A stretch of DNA of 64,000 nt, from the IMG/VR virus record IMGVR_UViG_3300028786_000007, positions 36,524-100,523 of that record, one strand, 5' to 3'. The translations under genes and the position numbers were made by a program. Below are positions 38,729-48,264 of this stretch, piece by piece. The DNA comes from a virus. The notes beneath the pieces are model-generated. The model ran no database searches, had not been told where the DNA came from, and saw only the letters and a program-made list of their open reading frames with translations. Position 1 is the stretch's first letter. Each line of letters begins with the position of its first letter.

Positions 38729-39334
38729 TTACTCCTTCTTGGACTGCAACAGTGGCCGCACCACTGAATTGCATGTTTCATGGTATCGGTCATAAAGGCC
38801 AACACCGGTTTCTAGACTCTGGGTGTACTCCTCGTATATTCCGAAGAAGATGCTTTCCTGTTCTTGTCTTGTCCTCCTTAGGGCCTCAGCCTCTCTTAAA
38901 GCTGCTTTGCCCAGAGAGCGATACTCTGGGGCCTCGTCGAAATACACACGGGCAGCGATAAAATAGTAGGAGGCGCACTTGAGCAGCAAGATGCGCCGCT
39001 CAAAGCGCAATTCCGCAATCTCGTCGGGCTCCGGCTCTTCTTCCCGAATATTGCGGTAGCCTTCAGGCTTAGCCTCCGGCAGCGGCGGCGCGCTAAGATA
39101 ACGACCTTCCCTCAGCGAGGGAGGAAGGTAATCATCCGAGCTCTGGCCGGAAGGCAACTTGACCTTACGGAAGCCGGCCGGCGCATCCTTCAGTGAACCG
39201 GTCTGGGCGTAAAGCCCAGACCCTGCGAAAGCCATAAGAAGGGCCGCGGCCCCTAATATGGCATAGATGAGTAATTCGGCGGGTTCGAAAGTGGGGAGGT
39301 AGTCGCGAACTTTACGGGCCGGGCCATCAGCCAT
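38729..39334 (-). CDS. Hypothetical membrane-anchored protein
   Basis: N-terminal TM segment. Confidence 0.55.
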   Translation of the reverse strand: MADGPARKVRDYLPTFEPAELLIYAILGAAALLMAFAGSGLYAQTGSLKDAPAGFRKVKLPSGQSSDDYLPPSLREGRYLSAPPLPEAKPEGYRNIREEEPEPDEIAELRFERRILLLKCASYYFIAARVYFDEAPEYRSLGKAALREAEALRRTRQEQESIFFGIYEEYTQSLETGVGLYDRYHETCNSVVRPLLQSKKE

Positions 39335-39353
39335 GGGTGGGCGTCCTTGAGGG

Positions 39354-39713
39354 TTAGAAGTCGCGGATCGAAGCGGCGAGCTCTTCCTCTTCTAGACGCT
39401 TGGAAGCGAGGTAGTACCCTTCCAGGGCGAATAACTTCCGATAAGCATCATCATAAGCGTAGCGCTGGCCGATTTCTTCCTTGAAGTTAGCCGGATCAAG
39501 GCAACCTGCCTCTCCATGAATAACGAACTTGTTCTTCATGGTCAGAAAAGCATGGGTGGTTGTGCCCATGACAACATACCCAACGGAGACAATATTTCCC
39601 GTGATGCGTTCGGGAGTTACGCGGAAATCACTGCCCTGAGCGATCAGTTTGTCAGCTTCTTCGCGGCTAATAGCGGGTTCTGTCATATTTTTACTTGCCT
39701 GGATAAGGTTCAT
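39354..39713 (-). CDS. Phage Gp49-like family protein
   Basis: RVTPERI...NKFVIHGEAGCLDPANFKEEIG..LEGY. Confidence 0.75.
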   Translation of the reverse strand: MNLIQASKNMTEPAISREEADKLIAQGSDFRVTPERITGNIVSVGYVVMGTTTHAFLTMKNKFVIHGEAGCLDPANFKEEIGQRYAYDDAYRKLFALEGYYLASKRLEEEELAASIRDF

Positions 39714-39862
39714 TCAGTACAGAAACTCGTCCTGGCGTTTGCGGGATGTGCGGGTCTGTTTAATATCGCCGCCAAGTGATGAGCGGACCCGCTTCCCCCA
39801 CCTTAGTCCTGCCCTACCGCGGCGGGCTCTGCTGTTCTCTCCGAATGACAGCTTCCCAAATG

Positions 39863-39903
39863 AAAAAGACGGTCCGTTCCCCAGAACGGACCGTCTTTCG
39901 TTT
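39863..39903. terminator. Bidirectional-type intrinsic terminator
   Basis: AAAGACGGTCCGTTC-CCCA-GAACGGACCGTCTTT perfect stem with T-runs on both strands. Confidence 0.85.
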
Positions 39904-40015
39904 AGGCGACGGCCGCGGTTTCTACGCAATACCGTATGAAACTTCCAACTTTGAGGGTGGGTGCGACCGCCGCCCAACTTCTTTTAGCCCAGCCGCGTTG
40001 GGGCGGCTCTGGCCA

Positions 40016-40423
40016 TTAGCTGAACTTGGCTAACTCCGCCTTAAGCTCATCGATGCTCTTGGAGGCGAGCTCCTGCTCTTCCTTGGAAGCCAGCGCCCCA
40101 AGCACCTTCTGCTTCTGCTGGGCGCGTTCCAGCTGATTTTTCGCGGCCTCGCGGTCGGCTATCTTCACCGCGATCACGTGCTTGACGATCTCCAGGCGCA
40201 GCTCCTGCTCCGCCTTGCGCGGGTCGGGAGTCGTGTCGACGAAGCTCTCCTCGCCCGTCTCACGCAGGTCGCGGGCCGCGCGGCGCGCGGTGTCGTCCAG
40301 GCTGGGCCGGCCGCCCTTGGCCGTCAACGGCAGGTCCCACAGCATCTCCAGGTCAATGGGACCAACGAGGGTGTGGTAACGCAACTTGATGCGCGTGGCG
40401 CGTTCGAAAATGTTCATGTTCAT
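40016..40423 (-). CDS. Phage coiled-coil protein (probable partner of the upstream 673-aa protein)
   Basis: IFERATRIKLRY...EMLWDLPL...ESFV; AAGGAG RBS. Confidence 0.75.
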   Translation of the reverse strand: MNMNIFERATRIKLRYHTLVGPIDLEMLWDLPLTAKGGRPSLDDTARRAARDLRETGEESFVDTTPDPRKAEQELRLEIVKHVIAVKIADREAAKNQLERAQQKQKVLGALASKEEQELASKSIDELKAELAKFS

Positions 40424-40428
40424 GCTCC

Positions 40429-42450
40429 TTAGTCAAAGTTGATCGTGTAGACCTTATTCACTCCCGGGCCGGTCGCCAGGACCGTCACCGTATCCTGCCG
40501 GGTTGAGCTAAAGCCCAGCCCGGAAAGCTGCTCATCGGCGACTGGGCACTTCGTCTTGTCGCCCAGCACCTCAAAGACTTTTCTATGCTTCTCCAACCGG
40601 CCGTGGAGAAACTCGTTGTAGATGCCGCGGGCCGGCTCGGGGTTCTTGCACCCCTCCAGGATGAAGAACCAATGCTTGTTGCCGACCGCCGCGTCCTCGT
40701 CCCAATGGTTGGGGCTGAGGATCAGCGAATTGACCTTGGCCAACTCTAGGGTCTTCACGCCCCACTTCTCCACGGAGCGATAGCCGACTTTCATCAAAGG
40801 GTTGGCTTTGACAACGGCTACTCCGTTCACCACCACAACTTCTAGAGCATTGACGTAAGTCTTACTGGCGACTGCTTTTTCGTACCGCAATGAAGTGATG
40901 CCCTGGGCAGTTTCCACCTCAATCTCAAAGCCTACGTCGATGCTCTCACGCTTACTGAACTGATGGACCTTGAACTGATAAACACCATCTAAGTGCAAGT
41001 CGACCCAACGCATATTTTCCACAGGCTCCCTGGATTGGGAAAAGCCGGCGTTCATGTCTACGTCGAGCGTACCTGCCTTGCTCATATACGAAATGTGGCG
41101 CCCGCTTGGCGTTTCGCAATGTAAGTCAAGGTCGTCGTGGTTGTACCACGCCAAGCTGACCCGCAGCGCCACGTTCTCCACCCGGCCGCCCGCGCGCTTC
41201 ACCCGCTCCTTGATGCTGTCCGTGACGTTGCCGTCATAGGACCACGCGAAGTCGTTGCCCCACTTGAACAACTGCTTCACCTCCGGATGAACCGGCGCGG
41301 TAAGGCTGGCGAAGTTGCCCGAGTGTCGGCCCTCCAAGTACAACTGCAGGTTGGTGAAGGCCGGCAGCTTGGAGATGAAGTCCCCGACGGAGACCTGCTC
41401 CGCGCGCTTCAAGTCGAATGGCGCGGACTTGACTTCCTGCATCAGCAGCCCCTTCAGGCCGCCCGAGTCCTTCATTTTGCCGACCACCGAGCCGTCCACC
41501 CACAGCACCGAGTTGACGCTCACGTCAGCGAACCGGGCGTGGCGGCGCTCTAGGGCCTCTTCCAGGCCCAGCTCAGCGATGGTCTTCGTGGCCGCTTCCA
41601 CCATACCCTTGGTGATCAGCGCGGTGGGCCGCTTGTAGTTCTGCGGTGCGACCTTCTTCTCAAAGGCTTTAACTGCCTCTTCCAGGTCCACGCCATTGGA
41701 TAAGTCCTGCACCAGCGTGCCAATCACGGTGTTCCTGAACCGCGTCACCGCCGCCGCCTCGACGAGTAGCGACCACGCCATCAAGTCCTGCTTCTCGGGA
41801 TCGTTGATGCCCTTGAAACGCTGCTGGATCTTCTGGAACTCCTTCACGGCGCGCACGTGTTCCGTGCCGCGGTAAAGAGAGTTCGCCGCGATCAGCTCCA
41901 ACACCTGCGTCACTGCGGCCGGCGTCAGCTCACGCACTCCGCGCAACAGCACCGCATGATTGGTGCGCGCGTCGCCGCGGGCCTCGGCAAGATTGTGCGT
42001 GCGGATATAGGCGTTGGGTACCTCGACGGAGAAATGGTTCCAGATAATGGTGCGGCCGGTGGCCTCGTCCAGCTCCAGGTTCTTCTCGGTGCCGTGCTTC
42101 TTGTATTGCGTCAGAAACACGTCCGTGACGACCTGGGCGCGGATGAAGTCGGCCATCTTCGCGGAGACCACGTTATAGGGGTGCGGCAGGTCGCCAATGT
42201 CCCAAATCGTAACCAGCACGCCATCCTTGACGGCAACCACGTTGCCGGCGGACCGAATGAAGGCGCGGCAGCAGGAGCAGTCATGCTGGGCTCGGGTCCG
42301 AAAGATCGGATTGGTGCCTTCGGGGAAGGCATCCATGTAAGTCTGCCAGACCGTATCGCGGTCGACGGTAACCTGAAACAGCGGCCCGTGGGCTAGAATA
42401 TCGAACTGCTTGCGCACCGCCTTGGCAAAGGCCGGAAAGTTGTCCGTCAT
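40429..42450 (-). CDS. Large phage protein with HDCSCC motif and YfaP/DUF2135-like domain
   Basis: HDCSCCRAFI; LRVSLAW..DDLDLH..LDVDMN..PVEN; C-terminal QLSGLGFSST. Confidence 0.75.
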   Translation of the reverse strand: MTDNFPAFAKAVRKQFDILAHGPLFQVTVDRDTVWQTYMDAFPEGTNPIFRTRAQHDCSCCRAFIRSAGNVVAVKDGVLVTIWDIGDLPHPYNVVSAKMADFIRAQVVTDVFLTQYKKHGTEKNLELDEATGRTIIWNHFSVEVPNAYIRTHNLAEARGDARTNHAVLLRGVRELTPAAVTQVLELIAANSLYRGTEHVRAVKEFQKIQQRFKGINDPEKQDLMAWSLLVEAAAVTRFRNTVIGTLVQDLSNGVDLEEAVKAFEKKVAPQNYKRPTALITKGMVEAATKTIAELGLEEALERRHARFADVSVNSVLWVDGSVVGKMKDSGGLKGLLMQEVKSAPFDLKRAEQVSVGDFISKLPAFTNLQLYLEGRHSGNFASLTAPVHPEVKQLFKWGNDFAWSYDGNVTDSIKERVKRAGGRVENVALRVSLAWYNHDDLDLHCETPSGRHISYMSKAGTLDVDMNAGFSQSREPVENMRWVDLHLDGVYQFKVHQFSKRESIDVGFEIEVETAQGITSLRYEKAVASKTYVNALEVVVVNGVAVVKANPLMKVGYRSVEKWGVKTLELAKVNSLILSPNHWDEDAAVGNKHWFFILEGCKNPEPARGIYNEFLHGRLEKHRKVFEVLGDKTKCPVADEQLSGLGFSSTRQDTVTVLATGPGVNKVYTINFD

Positions 42451-42528
42451 CGTCGTATTCCCTTTCATCGCTCATCGCGTTTCAGCAGTTAGCGCCAAAA
42501 ATACTGGTTGCGCTCTGCCTGTTGTTGC

Positions 42529-42567
42529 ATTATAGCACTTTACTTCTGCCGCGAGCAAAGGTATAGT
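42529..42567. promoter_or_regulatory. Overlapping divergent promoters (TTTACTTCTGC family)
   Basis: + strand TTTACT-N17-TATAGT (42539-42567); - strand TTGCTC-N18-TATAAT (42558-42529). Confidence 0.75.
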
Positions 42568-42593
42568 TGTTGCAGTTGAGAGGGAGAGACGAG

Positions 42594-42878
42594 ATGAAAA
42601 TTCGCAAAGAACTGCCTGGTCAAGATCAGTTGTCTCTGCGTCGGTTCCAGCTGCAGCGCCTGAAAAGCAAGCGCATTATTGCACTGGACTACTACATCAA
42701 TGAAATCCTGACCAACGACATAGACGTGCTGGACCTGACCCTGGCCGAAATGGACGCTAAGCCGACCTTCCGGCCGGTGAACCTGCGTCGTTCCCGCAAG
42801 GCGCTTCAGTTTATCCACGCCTGCCGTATTGCAGTAATGCAAGAGGCTGACGACTTTCTGCTGCAATGCGCCTACTGA
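42594..42878 (+). CDS. Hypothetical protein
   Basis: GGAG RBS; first gene after the promoter. Confidence 0.6.
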   Translation: MKIRKELPGQDQLSLRRFQLQRLKSKRIIALDYYINEILTNDIDVLDLTLAEMDAKPTFRPVNLRRSRKALQFIHACRIAVMQEADDFLLQCAY

Positions 42879-42889
42879 GGGGAAATTCA

Positions 42890-43270
42890 ATGACTGTAAA
42901 AATGAGCGGTAAGTTTCTGGCAATGTGTGTCACCGAACCGGGCGCTATGCAACTCGTGGAGACCCGCGAGGAAGGTCAGCAGGTAATCAACGAATGGTTC
43001 GCTGATGAAGAGCTTGAGCTCACCGACATTTACGGACCCGTCGAGGACCAGGAAGATTTCGGCGTGATCGAGCTGAGCGAAGGCGCGTTGAAGCTTTGGT
43101 TTGTTACGCCCTGGTTTATGGAGAACTGCCCGCTCGTTGACGGCAAGCTCTACACCATTCGTGAGACCCGCGAGCTGATCGCGGCCGGCGAACTGCCCAA
43201 GGACGCCTTGGACCCCGGTATGGAAGAGTTTGAGGCGACCACCGAAGCGATAACCACGGAGGCTGAATGA
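42890..43270 (+). CDS. Acidic hypothetical protein
   Basis: GAGG RBS; Glu/Asp-rich. Confidence 0.65.
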   Translation: MTVKMSGKFLAMCVTEPGAMQLVETREEGQQVINEWFADEELELTDIYGPVEDQEDFGVIELSEGALKLWFVTPWFMENCPLVDGKLYTIRETRELIAAGELPKDALDPGMEEFEATTEAITTEAE

Positions 43271-43905
43271 GCGACCCCGTAGACTGGGAAGCCGTCTTCG
43301 AACTCAATAAGAACTTTGATGTTGAATTCTACCGAGAGATGAAAAGGGACGAGTGGGACATGACAACACGCCCAACGACGGAAGCTGATATCCTCGCCGC
43401 TATCGCCTGGGCGATAGAGCTCCACGCTGGACAAATCCGTAAGTATGCCGGCGAGCCCTACATACAGCATCCTATTCGCGTCGCTTATGTGCTGACCAAC
43501 TTCGGCCTGCCGCGCGAAGTGGTTGCGGCCGCGGTATTGCACGATACGATGGAGGATTGCGGCACCACTTTCGAGCAGATAGAGAACCGCTTTGGTAAAA
43601 CCGTCGCAGGACTCGTCCTGGAGGTCACTGACGCTGCTAAGCCCAGCGACGGGAACCGCGCCGCTCGGGCGGCTATCAACCTCGAGCACCTCTCCAGGAG
43701 CTCCTACGGCGGAGCATCGATAAAGCTGGTAGATATCTCGGATAATGTTCCTTCTGTAACGAACGGTGATCCTAAGTTCGCCCGCGTCTACGTGCCCGAG
43801 AAGCTGGCCCAGCTTGAAGTGCTACGGCACGGCAACGCGGCGCTGTTTAATCGCGCACGGGAAATCCTGGAGTGGGCGACCACTGAGATGGGCGTGGGGG
43901 TGTAA
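43267..43905 (+). CDS. HD-domain hydrolase, SpoT/Mesh1 small alarmone hydrolase-like
   Basis: HAGQIRK..GEPYIQHP, AAVLHDTMED, VLEVTD, IKLVD..DN. Confidence 0.85.
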   Translation: MSDPVDWEAVFELNKNFDVEFYREMKRDEWDMTTRPTTEADILAAIAWAIELHAGQIRKYAGEPYIQHPIRVAYVLTNFGLPREVVAAAVLHDTMEDCGTTFEQIENRFGKTVAGLVLEVTDAAKPSDGNRAARAAINLEHLSRSSYGGASIKLVDISDNVPSVTNGDPKFARVYVPEKLAQLEVLRHGNAALFNRAREILEWATTEMGVGV

Positions 43906-43907
43906 GA

Positions 43908-44144
43908 GTGGCACGCTACGAAGTGAAAATCGCAGAGGTGCGGGTGCATGAACCGAATCACCCGCGCCGGTTCTTTATCCTCGATACGGAAAGCACTGAG
44001 CCCTTCCCGAAGAATCTTGTGCGGGGTGGCAACCACGTGCTGTTGAGCTACAAGAAGCGCAAGGACGCTGACCGTACCGTGGAGAAGCTGAATAAGGGCG
44101 GCGCGGCGCGGGTGTCGACGCCTTCCGTGCGGGAGATGTGGTGA
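43908..44144 (+). CDS. Hypothetical protein
   Basis: Packed after the HD gene. Confidence 0.5.
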   Translation: MARYEVKIAEVRVHEPNHPRRFFILDTESTEPFPKNLVRGGNHVLLSYKKRKDADRTVEKLNKGGAARVSTPSVREMW

Positions 44145-44383
44145 TGGCCAAGCTCTACAAAGTGCCCGTGCAATTGAATGAGGAGGAGCTCACCCGGCTC
44201 CTCCTTCTCATTGAGCTGGCGCGCGGACCGCTTAACTATCCGTACGACCTTGAGGACTTGAAGGACTCGCTGGGCGCGGCTCAGCTGCGGGCTCGTCGAA
44301 AGAAGCGTCAAGATGAAGCGCGTGCAGCTGAGCATCCTCAATCTCAATCCCGTCCGGGGAAACCCGCCCAATCGACATCTTGA
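44144..44383 (+). CDS. Hypothetical protein
   Basis: TGATG-coupled. Confidence 0.45.
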   Translation: MAKLYKVPVQLNEEELTRLLLLIELARGPLNYPYDLEDLKDSLGAAQLRARRKKRQDEARAAEHPQSQSRPGKPAQSTS

Positions 44384-44705
44384 AGTCCGGCGAGGTTCGC
44401 ACCTCAACCTCGTGATTGAGGTGCGGATTGATCACGGTGTTCGCCTCAACGAAGACCCGCTCAATCACGCCGTTCTTGACAATGCCGTAGGCTTTTGCGC
44501 CGGTCGGAACCTTCGCCATGCTCACCGCAACGACCGGTTCGAAGCGGCCGTCGTCGAACATCCACCGCGGCCGGACCCAGACGTTGCCCAGGATGTCCTC
44601 GTAAATGGCAACGCTCTCACCATCTTCAGTGTTGCGGCCGTAGCCAATAAAGCGGTAGAGGCCGCCCTTCCTATGGGCGTGCGTCGGCGTCCAGTCTTCA
44701 GTCAT
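44232..44705 (-). CDS. DUF1653-like protein
   Basis: HRKGGLYRFIG..AIYED..WVRPRWMF..GRF. Confidence 0.65.
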   Translation of the reverse strand: MTEDWTPTHAHRKGGLYRFIGYGRNTEDGESVAIYEDILGNVWVRPRWMFDDGRFEPVVAVSMAKVPTGAKAYGIVKNGVIERVFVEANTVINPHLNHEVEVRTSPDFKMSIGRVSPDGIEIEDAQLHALHLDASFDEPAAEPRPASPSSPQGRTDS

Positions 44706-44902
44706 ACCCACCTCCTCAGGAGTCGTTCGATGCGGTATTCTTCCTTCCACCGCGCCTTAGCCTCCTCCATGACGAGTTGGGCCAGGGCGTACCGTGAAAT
44801 GGTCATGGTGTAGTATACGCCGCCATTCGCCTCGATGGGCTGTATGCAGCGCTGGCGGGCTAGGGCAGCGAGCCGACTTATGACCTCGATGGTGAGGGTC
44901 AT
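44702..44902 (-). CDS. Hypothetical protein
   Basis: ATGA-coupled at both ends. Confidence 0.5.
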   Translation of the reverse strand: MTLTIEVISRLAALARQRCIQPIEANGGVYYTMTISRYALAQLVMEEAKARWKEEYRIERLLRRWV

Positions 44903-45126
44903 CCTGCGGCCTTAAATTCGCCGCACCAATAGAATTGGCCGATGCGCGGTCGGATGTTGGTGACGCCCCCGTTCGGCTGAAAGTATGGGGCCGGCGGAAA
45001 GCGGCGGCACTCAATGGTGCCCGCATGAGGCAAGAAGGCGTAGAAGCAGTCCTTGCAGGCCCAGCCCTCCGGGGAGAGGATGCTACGCGGCTGGGCCTTC
45101 TCAACAGGCTCTAGTTCTTCGGGCAT
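44899..45126 (-). CDS. Small Cys-rich protein
   Basis: CKDC..CRRFPP..WCGEF. Confidence 0.65.
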   Translation of the reverse strand: MPEELEPVEKAQPRSILSPEGWACKDCFYAFLPHAGTIECRRFPPAPYFQPNGGVTNIRPRIGQFYWCGEFKAAG

Positions 45127-45551
45127 TCGATAACCTCCAACATGTCACGGTGTTGCTGAGCATGCTTTGGCCATTTGAGCTCCATGCGCTTCCAACGAGT
45201 GGCATGCTTACGATGAAAGGCGAGCTGACCCACGTCGATATCCACCCAACGCTCATGATTTGGCACAGAATAGGCGGAGATCCCGAAGCCCAGGGCGGCG
45301 AGCCGGGCGCGCTCCTCGGCGTTGAACCAACGGCGCAGGTCGGCCAGGGTACGGAAGCCGAAGATCCACGGAGAGCCCTGGGTGATCACTTCCATCGTCA
45401 CCCAGGCATTCACCGGGTGACGCGCGGGGTCTACGCCGGCCGGGTGGATCACGTCCTTGAAGCTGGTCAACGTGACTAAGCCACCGGGGTGCTCCTTCGC
45501 TATCCTATAAGGGCCGTTGCCATCATCCCGTTCGACCCGATAGACAATCAC
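45111..45551 (-). CDS. Hypothetical protein
   Basis: VYRVE..GNGPY..FGFRTLADLRRWF. Confidence 0.6.
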   Translation of the reverse strand: MIVYRVERDDGNGPYRIAKEHPGGLVTLTSFKDVIHPAGVDPARHPVNAWVTMEVITQGSPWIFGFRTLADLRRWFNAEERARLAALGFGISAYSVPNHERWVDIDVGQLAFHRKHATRWKRMELKWPKHAQQHRDMLEVIECPKN

Positions 45552-45839
45552 CGACCTGCTCCGTGTAGTATTGCTCTGATAGGGCGTAGATGCGGAACTT
45601 TACTGCAGCGTCATAGAGAGTTGACGGCATAATCGCGTAGACAGGCCTGAATTCCTCAGCAGCCTGATGCATGATCTTGTTGCGAACATCCTTGGGAAGA
45701 TTGTAGTAGCGCTGGGAAACAGCGACAATCTGTTGCATGTTGCACCCCTATACTCGCATAAGTAGTAGTATTCCATAAGTACTACTGTCGAGATTTTTTA
45801 AGAGATGCTTATGGAATACATGAAGAGTATAACGATTCA

Positions 45840-46226
45840 TTATGGAACTTGCAAATGCTTAAGATCATCAGCTACGATGATCTTCTTGTTCCACTTCTGG
45901 GCAATGACGGCTTTATTGTCCCAGTTGCGCTTGAGGGTCTTCTCGTGTTGCCCAGTAAGGTCGATCTTGTAGCGCGCCGAAAGGGCAAGCAGCGTGTTGA
46001 GCACGTCGCCCACTTCTTCCGTGACGTTGCCGGCCGGCCTAGCGTAGACGCCTGCAAGGAGTTGCTGGGCTTTCTCAGCGTTAACGCCGGTCGCTTGGGC
46101 CAGCTCTAGGGCTTCCTCGAGGAGGCGTAGGCCGCGCTCCTCTTTGGAGAAGCAAACCTCGCGGGGGAAAGTCTTTGTCAGCCAGTTCCAGGTCTCCGCG
46201 GCGGCGACGTTGAAGTTGAGGGTCAT
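45840..46226 (-). CDS. MazG-like NTP pyrophosphohydrolase
   Basis: RLLEEALEL...EEVGDVL acidic motif pair. Confidence 0.65.
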   Translation of the reverse strand: MTLNFNVAAAETWNWLTKTFPREVCFSKEERGLRLLEEALELAQATGVNAEKAQQLLAGVYARPAGNVTEEVGDVLNTLLALSARYKIDLTGQHEKTLKRNWDNKAVIAQKWNKKIIVADDLKHLQVP

Positions 46227-46498
46227 CCGGTCGGCTCCATTGGGATCAGCCCCGCGTGGCGCAGCAACCGAACTTGGTTGCGGTGCATGACTTCGAAGCT
46301 GTCGCTAATGCCCAACATCATGTAGCGGCCACCGTCTTGCACCACTTCCAGGTCGAAGCGATCCTGGCCGTATTGATTGATGAAGTCTCGCTGAGCAGCT
46401 TGCACAATAGCGTGCATGTGACCGCTGCTGGGCATTTCCGGGTTGGTGGTATCCCAACGCACAATGGCGTTGTCGATATGTGTTTTAAGCAGTGTCAT
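46223..46498 (-). CDS. Hypothetical protein
   Basis: ATGA-coupled to the downstream gene. Confidence 0.5.
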   Translation of the reverse strand: MTLLKTHIDNAIVRWDTTNPEMPSSGHMHAIVQAAQRDFINQYGQDRFDLEVVQDGGRYMMLGISDSFEVMHRNQVRLLRHAGLIPMEPTG

Positions 46499-46923
46499 TG
46501 GCTTCCCATATTCGTTTGCGCAGGACTTCGAAGCAGCGTTCTATAACTGCTCGCGGCGAGGGCCGGCTGTCTACGTTCTTGGCACCGCCGCGACTATGGG
46601 TGAATTGCTTGCGCGGCTTGCGTACTTCCTTGACCCAGAGGCGTTGGCCCATAACGCTGTATTGTTCGCTCATGGGTGCACGTGCCCGCAGATGCAGATG
46701 GTCTTGAAGGGCCGATTGATGATGGACGCTTCGAGCTTAGCCTGCATAACACTAGCCCGGTTGCGGGGTAAGTCGCGAGATAAGCGGCGACGCAAGGCCA
46801 TCAGCTCATCGAGGATGGTCGGAGAAAACCGATAGCCTTGTTCCTCATAGCGGCGCACTAAAGTCGCCCACAGACGGCGCTCGTGGATCTCTGGGACTGT
46901 GGCTTGTTGAGAGACGCGGGCCA

Positions 46924-47985
46924 TTACAGCGCGGCCCTGTAGGCGGCCAGCCATTGCTGACGCTTTTCCTCGGTGATCTCGGTCCAATCATCGAGCTTAG
47001 AGTCCGCCTGATAACGCGCCGCGATCGCGATGTAGTCGGCCGTTAGGTTGTGGCCCTTTAGACGGTCCATCTCGCGTACAAAGCGAAACCAATACTCCTT
47101 GGTACTCGTGCCCAACAAGAAATATTTGGACACACTTCTATTGCCATGGAAGGCGTTGTATGCGTCCAAGATGCGCTGCTCGATGGTGCGCGACGCGGCC
47201 GGCTTAGCGCTAGTATCCAACACCGAACCGCGGATTACCGCCCGGCCGCCTACGACGGCTTTGTGCCAGATGCTCTTGGCATCTGGCACAAAGCCGTCGT
47301 AGGCTCGCAACGCCTTCCTGGGGAACACCTTGCTCCAATAAGCACGATAGATGTTACCTGCAGTCAGGTCCATCGGAGCACTTAACGAGCCGGCCAGCAA
47401 CTCCGCTGCGGCTTCCAGCCAGCCTTCCTGCACCTCTTTGCTCATGGTCCCGAAATCCTCGAAGGTCTTCGCGCAACCGGTGGCCGCGCTGTTCATCGCT
47501 GCGGCGATCTCGCCGATGGCCGGGCCATGCTCCGCGCGGCGGCTGGCATACTCTTCCTTGCTGGGCCCACCGTTGGCCGCGTTCCACTCAGCATACTCCT
47601 TGGTGCGGTCGGTCCACAGGACGCCCTCTTTCATCTCAACCGTGTTGAGCAGCGTTTCGACTTTCTGCACCTCCACCGTGTTGATCACGGGCACCTTGCG
47701 TTCTCGGTTAGTGCGGTCCTTGCTTTGCAGCTCATCAGCCCACCGAGCGGTATCGCTCTTGGCCCACTGCATACCCTCATCAGCGCAATGGTTTGCTCGA
47801 GCGTCCTTTAGAGCCTCACTCGCGCCCGCAAGGTTGGAGGGTAGCGCGGCTATCGAGAGAGCGGCTTCGGGCTTCCTGGGCAGGTCCATGCGACCCATAG
47901 CGGTTAATTGACGCAGCGTGTCACGGCCGGCTTCCCGCTCTTGGATAGCGACCAATGCAGAGGTGTAACGGGGATGCTGCGTCAT
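46924..47985 (-). CDS. Hypothetical protein (353 aa)
   Basis: AGGAG RBS; repeated short helical W-containing units in the C-terminal half. Confidence 0.65.
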   Translation of the reverse strand: MTQHPRYTSALVAIQEREAGRDTLRQLTAMGRMDLPRKPEAALSIAALPSNLAGASEALKDARANHCADEGMQWAKSDTARWADELQSKDRTNRERKVPVINTVEVQKVETLLNTVEMKEGVLWTDRTKEYAEWNAANGGPSKEEYASRRAEHGPAIGEIAAAMNSAATGCAKTFEDFGTMSKEVQEGWLEAAAELLAGSLSAPMDLTAGNIYRAYWSKVFPRKALRAYDGFVPDAKSIWHKAVVGGRAVIRGSVLDTSAKPAASRTIEQRILDAYNAFHGNRSVSKYFLLGTSTKEYWFRFVREMDRLKGHNLTADYIAIAARYQADSKLDDWTEITEEKRQQWLAAYRAAL

Positions 47986-48264
47986 GGCTTAATTCTCCTA
48001 GTAATCTTACATGTTGCTCTTATGCGTTGTTCGTGGGGCGCAGGCTCTCCTAGACGCTACACTCCCCACCACCACCTGAGAAGAACCGCGGCGAGCAGCC
48101 CGAATACAACACCGGCCCAGCCAGCAATGGCGTGCCACCGGGCGTTATTGGTTGAGCGGGTGACAACAACGGGCGTCACGCCGTCCTCGCGCCGTTGACG
48201 CTGCTTCCACCTCGGAAAGTGTTGACGCTTGCTGACCCAGTTCGACTTGAAACCCATTACCCAC

